Of a stretch of 64,000 bases of DNA, positions 57,422 through 64,000 are shown piece by piece. A program made the position numbers and the translations under genes. Source of the stretch: an uncultured Gammaproteobacteria bacterium (GTDB lineage Bacteria; Patescibacteriota; Microgenomatia; Levybacterales; UBA12049); NCBI GenBank assembly GCA_964424775.1, contig CAYRJZ010000001.1, positions 18,873 to 82,872 of the forward strand, given 5' to 3'. Position 1 is the stretch's first letter; the number at the start of each line of letters is the position of its first letter. The notes beneath the pieces are model-generated. The model had not been told where the DNA came from. It made no database searches and worked only from the letters and a program-made list of their open reading frames with translations.

Positions 57422-58513
57422 GTGTCAAAACAAAATCGTAAGAATAAAAATAAAATTTCTGCAAGAAAAAATACCTCGTTATCAACTATTAGGTTTTATC
57501 ATCCTCTTGTACTAATAGTCTTAGCAATTATTGTCTTACTCGCTGTTGCAAACATTCAAATAACACAAAGTCTTACATCGGGTGCACAACATGTCCTTGG
57601 AGAAGATGAGCAAAGTGAGGAGCAAAAGCAGGTAGAAGAACAACGGAAAGAAGATGAGAAAAAAGCTGAAGAAGCACAAGAGGAAAATTTTAAACAAGCA
57701 GAAGAACAACAGAAAGAAGTAGATAAAAGTACGACAACAAATACAACAGGTACCTCTGAAGTATCGAAAAAATCGATAAAATCGAAAACAGAAACCATTT
57801 CTCCGAGTAATCTGAAGATGAAAACAGAATTTGAAGACAAAAAGCAGGAAACGGAAATTGAGACAGCAGAAGGACAGAAGATCAAGACCAAGATTGAAGA
57901 TGATGGTACAACAAAGATTGAGATTGAAAATGGAACTGTAAAGTTGAAATATAGCATTGAGAACGGTCAAGTAGTTGTAAAAGTTGAAAATGAGGATGGA
58001 GAACAAGTAGAAATTGATGATAACGAGCTTGAAGAGTTGGAAACTGATGTTGAAGATGAACTAATGGATGATGATGTAAAACTAGTGCAAATTACTGATA
58101 ATCAACTTGCGATTACTCAAAAGCAAATAGCGGCTTTAACGAATTTTCCACTCTCTATCAATGTGGAGACCAAAGAGCTTGTTATTACCACTCCCGCAGG
58201 ACAAAAGCATATTACTGTACTCCCAGACGAAGCAGTAAAGAATTTACTTGCAACGGGAATTATTAACAGCATCGAAACTCCTCCCTCAGAGATTACTACT
58301 CAAGATCAGTTCGATATTTTTACTGGAGTAGTGGAACTTGAAACGCGCGATAATGAAATTGTTTATAAAATAAAAGGTAAAAAGACACATAATATACTCG
58401 GCATTATACCGGTTACAACGCCTGTAACTGCATTTGTCTCGACGGACACTGGACAGACAGTTGCAAAACAACAATCAATCCTTACAAATGTTATTGACTT
58501 CCTTTCATCTTAA
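57422..58513 (+). CDS. membrane-anchored acidic E/K/Q-rich low-complexity protein
   Basis: N-terminal TM (LVLIVLAIIVLLAVANI), then highly charged repetitive segments (EEQKQVEEQRKEDEKKAEEAQEE; KIETEIETAEGQKIKTKIEDDG). Confidence 0.5.
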   Translation: MSKQNRKNKNKISARKNTSLSTIRFYHPLVLIVLAIIVLLAVANIQITQSLTSGAQHVLGEDEQSEEQKQVEEQRKEDEKKAEEAQEENFKQAEEQQKEVDKSTTTNTTGTSEVSKKSIKSKTETISPSNLKMKTEFEDKKQETEIETAEGQKIKTKIEDDGTTKIEIENGTVKLKYSIENGQVVVKVENEDGEQVEIDDNELEELETDVEDELMDDDVKLVQITDNQLAITQKQIAALTNFPLSINVETKELVITTPAGQKHITVLPDEAVKNLLATGIINSIETPPSEITTQDQFDIFTGVVELETRDNEIVYKIKGKKTHNILGIIPVTTPVTAFVSTDTGQTVAKQQSILTNVIDFLSS

Positions 58514-58633
58514 TTAAATTAAACAGAGTTACGTTATTTTTATAAGATCTGTAGCTCCGTAAATACTTTTTAGGTTCAGGGATCATATATAACTAACATA
58601 AAAAAATTTTCATAATCTGTTAGAATAAATTTA

Positions 58634-59134
58634 ATGAGTAGAATGATTACATGTATCTGGTTCGCCAATAACGATGGTGAAGAAGCAGCAAATTACTATA
58701 TAGAGACTTTCAATTCAGCACCAGGTAATCACAGCGCAAAAATTGGAGACATAACCAAATCCCCAAAAGCATCTGAAGAAGTTTCAGGTAGACCTGAGGG
58801 ATCTGTTATGACCGCAGAATACGAACTGGATGGAATAAGTTTCATGGCTCTTAATGGAGGTCCTGTTGACCAGTTCAAACTTAATGGCGGAACATCTTTC
58901 ATTATTGAATGTGAAACGCAAGAAGAAATTGACTATTTTTGGGAAAAACTTTCAGCAGTTCCAGAAGCTGAACAATGTGGTTGGTGTACAGATAAATTTG
59001 GTATCACATGGCAAGTTACCCCAAGGATTTTGGATGAGATGATGAGAGATTCAGAAAAAGCTGACGCAGTCACAGCAGTATTCATGCCAATGAAAAAGCT
59101 TGACCTTGAAGCAATCAGAAAAGCCGGAGAGTAA
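58634..59134 (+). CDS. VOC-superfamily protein, PhnB/3-demethylubiquinone-9 3-methyltransferase-domain-like
   Basis: The C-terminal motif CGWCTDKFGITWQV matches this family's conserved CGW..D.FG.SWQ block. Confidence 0.6.
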   Translation: MSRMITCIWFANNDGEEAANYYIETFNSAPGNHSAKIGDITKSPKASEEVSGRPEGSVMTAEYELDGISFMALNGGPVDQFKLNGGTSFIIECETQEEIDYFWEKLSAVPEAEQCGWCTDKFGITWQVTPRILDEMMRDSEKADAVTAVFMPMKKLDLEAIRKAGE

Positions 59135-59203
59135 TCTTCTATCGTTGGTGGATATCACCTTTTAGCTTCAATTTTTATTCCCCGCCTTTGTCATAATTAT
59201 CCT

Positions 59204-59641
59204 ATGAAGATAGATGTAAATGCTCCTTTGATGGCAAGAAAAGAAATAACTATTGATGCACCTGTAGAGCTCGTATGGCAAATTCAATCGGATATAAATA
59301 ATTGGTCTAAATGGCAGAAAGATGTTTCATTTGCAAAGCTCCATGGGAAATTAGTAAAAGGTACCGTTTTTACTTGGAAGGCAATGGGGATGAATATTAC
59401 CTCTGAGTTGCAAGAAGTTATTGAACAAAAAACAATTGAATGGTCTGGAAAATCTATTGGAATGTATGCTATCCACAGATGGTCTTTTCAAAAACATGGA
59501 AGTAAAACAAAGGTGATAACAGAGGAATCATTGTCTGGATGGTTTCCCAAGTTAATAAAAGTTGTCAAACCGAATTTTCTTGAGCAATCCCTCTTTAAAG
59601 CGCTTCAAACATTAAAAAATTACGTAGAAGTCAAAAAGTAG
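59204..59641 (+). CDS. SRPBCC (START/Bet v1-like) family protein
   Basis: Family-typical EITIDAPVELVWQIQSDINNWSKW start. Confidence 0.6.
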   Translation: MKIDVNAPLMARKEITIDAPVELVWQIQSDINNWSKWQKDVSFAKLHGKLVKGTVFTWKAMGMNITSELQEVIEQKTIEWSGKSIGMYAIHRWSFQKHGSKTKVITEESLSGWFPKLIKVVKPNFLEQSLFKALQTLKNYVEVKK

Positions 59642-59858
59642 TTATTCAGTCAGGAGAAAAAAGATTTATTCAGAAGGATAACAAAACACCATGAATCTAC
59701 AGAGACTACGCCGTTTATAATAGTCTCAAAACTTCCGTATAACACGTCATTATTTCAATTAACTATAAACAAATCTTTCCTTGAAAGAAAAATGCCATAC
59801 AAGTTGTACTACATGTAGATAAGACAAAAGTATCTTATGAGAAGGGAGGTGGAAAAGA

Positions 59859-60221
59859 ATGTATAAATTATTAACAATTGCAGTTATTGCAGCGGTCGTT
59901 TTTGGAGGAGTCGTGACTTCTACCGATACAGCTTCCGCATACCGCGGCGATCCTGCAGTAAAAGGGCCAAATTACTCAGAAGAGCGTCATGAGGCAATGG
60001 AAAAAGCTTTTGAAGCTAAAGATTATAAGGCTTGGAAGAATCTCATGCAGGGTAAAGGAAGGGTAAGCCAAGTGATTACAAAGGATAACTTTGCAAAATT
60101 CGCAGAAGCTCATGAACTAGCTGAACAAGGCAAGTTAGAAGAAGCAAGAAAGATTCGTCAAGAACTCGGTTTGGGTTTACGAAATGGATCAGGTCACGGT
60201 ATGGGATGTCTGGGTAAGTAA
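59859..60221 (+). CDS. small secreted protein (signal peptide)
   Basis: Signal-like N-terminus (MYKLLTIAVIAAVVFGGVVTSTDTASA) and a GGAGG-like RBS upstream (gaagggaggtgg). Confidence 0.45.
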   Translation: MYKLLTIAVIAAVVFGGVVTSTDTASAYRGDPAVKGPNYSEERHEAMEKAFEAKDYKAWKNLMQGKGRVSQVITKDNFAKFAEAHELAEQGKLEEARKIRQELGLGLRNGSGHGMGCLGK

Positions 60222-60280
60222 TCTTAATGCTCATACATACGCCGCCCCGATTATAATCGGGGTTTTGGCGTAGAGAAAGG

Positions 60281-60853
60281 ATGTATGTCTTGTACTACAA
60301 TAATCACATGCAAAAAGAACAGTCACTATCAGATGAGGCCTTGGTTGAAATAATCAGAACAAGAAACAAGGAACGGTATACAGAAATAGTTCAGAGGTAT
60401 CAAAACAAGCTTTTACGGTATGCTCGATATTTAGTAAGTGATGAGCAAAAAGCTCAAGACATAGTGCAAGCCTCATTTATTAAAGCCTATATCAACTTGA
60501 ATGGGTTTAATACAAAAAAGAAGTTCTCAAGCTGGATATATCGAATTGTTCACAACGAAGCAATAAATGAGGTAAAAAAACACAAAAAAGAGATGCCAAT
60601 ACTTGATAATGTTGATTATCAAAGCACCCAAGACGTTGAGGAGAATTATAGCAATAAAGAAATTATGAAAGAGGTAGAACACTGCCTTAAGAATATGCCT
60701 GTGTTATACAGTGAGCCGTTGGCATTATATTATCTTGATGATAAATCATATGATGAAATAAGTGATATTTTGCATATTCCGATGGGAACTGTCGCAACGA
60801 GGATTAAGAGGGCAAAGTCCCTCATGAAAAAAATATGTCAAATGAACAAATAG
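60281..60853 (+). CDS. ECF-type RNA polymerase sigma factor
   Basis: Sigma-70 region 2 (IVQASFIKAYINL...FSSWIYRIVHNEAIN) and a region 4 HTH (SYDEISDILHIPMGTVATRIKRAK). Confidence 0.75.
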   Translation: MYVLYYNNHMQKEQSLSDEALVEIIRTRNKERYTEIVQRYQNKLLRYARYLVSDEQKAQDIVQASFIKAYINLNGFNTKKKFSSWIYRIVHNEAINEVKKHKKEMPILDNVDYQSTQDVEENYSNKEIMKEVEHCLKNMPVLYSEPLALYYLDDKSYDEISDILHIPMGTVATRIKRAKSLMKKICQMNK

Positions 60854-61377
60854 ATATCAGTGAGAAAGTCATGAATCAAATTCATGAGAGAGGTATCCGG
60901 ATGAAGCCAAGAGCTTATTTTATTTTTGGCGCAGTACTTTTGTTTGTTAGTATAGTATTCTCTATTATCGGCTCTATATTTTTACTGAGTCTCACGTTGT
61001 TTACTTTGCGAACTCACGGTCCTATGGGAGAGTATCGTTTTGAACAATTATTATCTAGCTTTCCTTGGTGGGCACCGCTATTGGCGATTGCAGGAGTTGG
61101 TGTCAGTATATGGTTATTAAAAAAATATAATTTTTCATATAGGCATAATTTTCGGGTAATAGTGTTAGGGATTATAATGGCTATATTCGTTGCTATCTTA
61201 GCAATTGAGTACTTTAATTTAGATAATGTATGGTTTCGACGTGGGCCGATGCAAGGAATTATGCGTCACTATATGCACAATTCACAACAACGACATGATG
61301 AATATTTCCCAAAAACCTTTTGGAATAGTGATAAGAATGGAAAATATAAATCGGGTATTTCTTTGAGCAGAAAATAG
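60835..61377 (+). CDS. putative membrane-bound anti-sigma factor / membrane protein
   Basis: Overlaps the sigma gene stop and has multiple TM helices. The assignment rests on position alone. Confidence 0.4.
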   Translation: MSNEQIDISEKVMNQIHERGIRMKPRAYFIFGAVLLFVSIVFSIIGSIFLLSLTLFTLRTHGPMGEYRFEQLLSSFPWWAPLLAIAGVGVSIWLLKKYNFSYRHNFRVIVLGIIMAIFVAILAIEYFNLDNVWFRRGPMQGIMRHYMHNSQQRHDEYFPKTFWNSDKNGKYKSGISLSRK

Positions 61378-61913
61378 CGGATTCATGAAAAGAAGTGCAG
61401 ATTATAGTTACTGAGTTGTAGCTCCCTAAGCTTTTTATTAAAGTAAAGAGCGGTTTATCTCTTCTCTCAGTTGTTATTTTACTTTTAGGTATTCTCATTG
61501 GAGCTATCGTTGGCATATTCTTTTATAAAGAGCTGACCGGTGACAATAAAGTAATTGTGAGTAATAATTATCAAAGAGAAGTATCTCCTCAAGAAAAAGC
61601 AGCAACTGAATATGGTTATGGCTATTTCGGATATGTTAAGAATAATTATCCAATCCCGAAGAAATTGGTAACTATTATTATTCAGGTATAGGTACTTTAC
61701 AAGCTGCATGTAGTACTGATGAGTCAACTGTCCTCCAATTACAAGCACATCGAGAACTTAGGAAAGCATTTCTGAGAGTTGAAGCTTTATCATTAAGAAA
61801 TAATTTCTTTAGTATGTTAAAAAACATATTCAATGTTAATTCACCTTTAGTTCATTTTTCTTCATGTGATCTTCATCATTGTTGGGCTAAAATCTATCCT
61901 ATACATTTAACAA

Positions 61914-62270
61914 ATGATGAGAAAGATCTGGAAAGAAATTTTTTTGTGGGGAATTTTTCTTTGGTTTGTTGGATATCTTTTGGGAATTATCTTTTTTACA
62001 TTTATTCCAGTACATCTCATCGGGTGGGTGATTATGCCAATTGGTATTACCCTTCTCTTTTATATAACTTCGAAAAGAATAACGTATTCTTTTCTGAAAA
62101 ATTATCTTCTTCTTGCTGCCGGGTGGGCTCTCCTTGCAATTGTTCTTGATTATTTTCTCCTCGTACAGCTTTTCCGTCCAGAAGATGGATATTACAAGAT
62201 GGATGTGTATCTCTACTACCTCATTACTTTCTTTCTTCCCCTTCTAGTCGGCTGGATAAAAACAAAATAG
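61914..62270 (+). CDS. hypothetical small membrane protein (3-4 TM)
   Basis: Hydrophobic ORF. The alternative overlapping-frame ORF at 61814-62149 is less convincing. Confidence 0.35.
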   Translation: MMRKIWKEIFLWGIFLWFVGYLLGIIFFTFIPVHLIGWVIMPIGITLLFYITSKRITYSFLKNYLLLAAGWALLAIVLDYFLLVQLFRPEDGYYKMDVYLYYLITFFLPLLVGWIKTK

Positions 62271-62290
62271 GTGTCTGGTATAATTTCAGT

Positions 62291-62713
62291 ATGGCTGAAC
62301 TCAAGACACTGCCGACACAGCAGAGCGCAACATCCTTTTTGGATACAATAGAACCTGAATCAAAAAGAAAAGATGGATACGTACTTCTCGATTTATTTAA
62401 GAAAGTCACTGGCGAGGAGCCTGTGATGTGGGGAGAGAGTATTGTTGGTTTTGGGAAGTATCACTATAAATCAGAGCGAAGCCGCCAGGAAGGAGACTGG
62501 CCACTTGTTGCCTACTCCCCGCGAAAACAGAATTTATCTTTGTACATTATGGCTGGAAATAAGGATAATCCTCTTCTGAAAAAATTAGGCAAGCATAAGG
62601 CAAGTGTTGGATGTCTTTATCTTAATTCACTCGCAGATGTCGACGTAGATGTCCTTTCAGAACTTATAAAAGAGTCATTTAGATATACGAAAGAAATGTA
62701 TAAAGTTAAATAA
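62291..62713 (+). CDS. DUF1801/YdhG-like small protein
   Basis: Block PVMWGESIVGFGKYHYKSE is typical of the DUF1801 family. Confidence 0.5.
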   Translation: MAELKTLPTQQSATSFLDTIEPESKRKDGYVLLDLFKKVTGEEPVMWGESIVGFGKYHYKSERSRQEGDWPLVAYSPRKQNLSLYIMAGNKDNPLLKKLGKHKASVGCLYLNSLADVDVDVLSELIKESFRYTKEMYKVK

Positions 62714-62723
62714 AAGTGAGTAT

Positions 62724-63080
62724 ATGGATAAAGGAATTAAGACAATTGATGAGTATTTAAAATTGTTCCCAGAGGATATAAAAATTAAGCTTCAACGTAT
62801 TCGTAAGACAATAGCAGAAGAAGCGCCGGATGCTGTTGAAGCAATTAGTTATCAGATGCCTACGTTTAAATTAGACGGAAAAAATCTCATTCACTTTGCT
62901 GGCTTTAAAGATCATCTCAGTCTTTTCCCAACAGCTTCAAAGTTAGAAGACCATCTCCCAGAAGTAGCAAAGTACCGTACGGGAAAAGGAACATTACAGT
63001 TCTCACTCGATGAAGAACTTCCAGTGGGAATAATTCGTAAAATTGTACAAATTAGAGTGTCTGAAATTAAATCTCATTAA
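62724..63080 (+). CDS. DUF1801/YdhG-like small protein
   Basis: Blocks MPTFKLDGKNLIHFAGFKDHLSLFP are typical of DUF1801. Confidence 0.55.
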   Translation: MDKGIKTIDEYLKLFPEDIKIKLQRIRKTIAEEAPDAVEAISYQMPTFKLDGKNLIHFAGFKDHLSLFPTASKLEDHLPEVAKYRTGKGTLQFSLDEELPVGIIRKIVQIRVSEIKSH

Positions 63081-63452
63081 TACACCCTTTTCCAAACGCC
63101 TCTTTACAAGCATAATAACTGGTCTTATAATCCGCTCACATGAGTGCACGCGCACTCAGAACAAGAGAAGGAGTGAAAGATGTTGCCCAAGATCAAAAGG
63201 CCATTGGTGATCTTCACTTGTCTATCAGTAATTGCAGCAATAATTGACTATGAAGTCAGATATAGGCTTGCAAAGCGACAAAAAAGGTAACACCCCTTAA
63301 CAAAGCACCGTAAAGTACGTACCCTAAGAATTTTCGTCTCATCGATTTGAGGTGGGAGCAAGAAGGCGCTGAGGATTTACGAGTTTACTCCAAGGTGCTT
63401 TCTTGCTATTTTATTTGATATACTCCTCGGTAGAGACAAGAGGTAGATCGTA

Positions 63453-63809
63453 ATGAATCAAGCCAGCATGATTGATAAATACATACTTGACCAGGAAGAA
63501 TGGAAAACAAAAATCCTTTTATCCTTGAGGAAAGTTATTCATGAGGCAGATGTCGAAATAACTGAAGAGTGGAAATGGGATGTTCCTGTCTTTACCCACA
63601 ATGGAATGGTATGTGCCATAAGTGCATTTAAAGATCATGTTAAGATCAATTTTTTCAAAGGAGCAAAATTAATAGATGAACATGGTCTAATTAATGCAGG
63701 CCTTGAGTCAAAAGCTCATCGTTCTATAGATTTTCATGAAGGAGATAATGTCAAAGAAGCAGAGTTAAAAGACCTTATTCAGGAAGCTGTAGCATTGAAC
63801 AAAAAGTAA
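63453..63809 (+). CDS. DUF1801/YdhG-like small protein
   Basis: WKWDVPVFTHNGMVCAISAFKDHVKINFFKG is a paralogous pattern to the 62724 gene. Confidence 0.55.
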   Translation: MNQASMIDKYILDQEEWKTKILLSLRKVIHEADVEITEEWKWDVPVFTHNGMVCAISAFKDHVKINFFKGAKLIDEHGLINAGLESKAHRSIDFHEGDNVKEAELKDLIQEAVALNKK

Positions 63810-63811
63810 TA

Positions 63812-64000
63812 TGGAAGAACAGAAAAAGCAAGTTGTGATATCTCGCATCTTTCCAGCAAATAGAGAAAGGCTCTGGCAGGCATTTACCTCAGTTGAAGAC
63901 ATGCTCAAGTGGCACTCTCCTCAAGGGATGACCAATCCTCGTGTAGAAGTTGATTTGAGAGTTGGTGGTAAGTATGCAATCGCGATGAAGTATGATGAGA
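63812..64000 (+). CDS. SRPBCC/AHSA1-like protein, 3'-partial (runs off the window)
   Basis: Manual translation gives MEEQKKQVVISRIFPANRERLWQAFTSVEDMLKWHSPQGM..., a Bet v1-like start. Truncated by the window end. Confidence 0.45.

Noticed and set aside
57536-58006. Minus-strand ORFs of 156 and 133 aa antisense to the acidic repeat gene
   Set aside because: They are Phe/Leu/Cys-rich translations of the antisense of a GAA/AAG-rich sequence, a typical low-complexity artefact.
1-64000. CRISPR arrays, transposases/IS elements, integrases, prophage structural genes
   Set aside because: No regularly spaced direct repeats, DDE/serine/tyrosine recombinase motifs or phage capsid/terminase-like ORFs were recognised by eye. 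A repeat search over the whole window could not be run.

Overview
This 64 kb window looks like the chromosomal origin region of a low-GC, reduced-genome bacterium. Gene content and architecture would fit a CPR/Patescibacteria-like or similar lineage, but that is inference.

The core is rpmH-rnpA-yidD-yidC-jag on the plus strand, divergent from dnaA-dnaN. DnaA-box 9-mers (TGTGGATAA and variants) cluster in the AT-rich dnaA-dnaN spacer and upstream of dnaA. Housekeeping genes follow: pgk, a class II aldolase-like gene, pgi, valS, rplY, ruvCAB, a P-type ATPase, comM/yifB, a fused otsA-otsB, guaB, add, purA, guaA, dnaG, rpoD, an ECF sigma/anti-sigma pair, and a tRNA-Asn(GUU).

The most unusual content sits immediately next to dnaN, at about 1.6-10.8 kb. 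It is a compact type IV secretion-like module with no relaxase, coupling protein or VirB6 visible in this window. It comprises a PrgI/VirB3-like membrane protein with a Q-rich coiled coil and a C-terminal beta-sandwich domain, and a VirB4/TrbE-family ATPase that appears to be encoded as two adjacent ORFs (219 aa, then 639 aa carrying Walker A GKSGAGKS and the DEAW box). The rest is a run of membrane-anchored or secreted proteins: a Cys/Gly-rich M23-like peptidase, a lysozyme-like protein with an adhesin-type repeat, and a signal-peptide HExxH metalloprotease.

A second notable locus is a 740-bp intergenic gap at 39.34-40.08 kb. It holds a near-consensus sigma70 promoter (TTGACT-17-TATAAT) driving a GC-rich, hairpin-rich segment of about 400 nt that is a strong candidate for an unannotated structured ncRNA. 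I could not assign a family from sequence alone.

Other points are a DAG-kinase-like/HAD-phosphatase fusion, a winged-helix regulator with an ATPase-like N-terminus, a PurA with an N-terminal extension, an IMPDH without CBS domains, and a tRNA-Asn-adjacent block of small stress/detox-type genes (a T4 endoV-like glycosylase, VOC, SRPBCC, three DUF1801 paralogs). No CRISPR arrays, transposases or integrases were recognised. The ORF track reports only ORFs with an ATG and stop inside the window, so the partial minus-strand gene at 1-1174 and rpmH were found by manual translation, and several track starts overlap upstream genes, so a downstream start is more likely.
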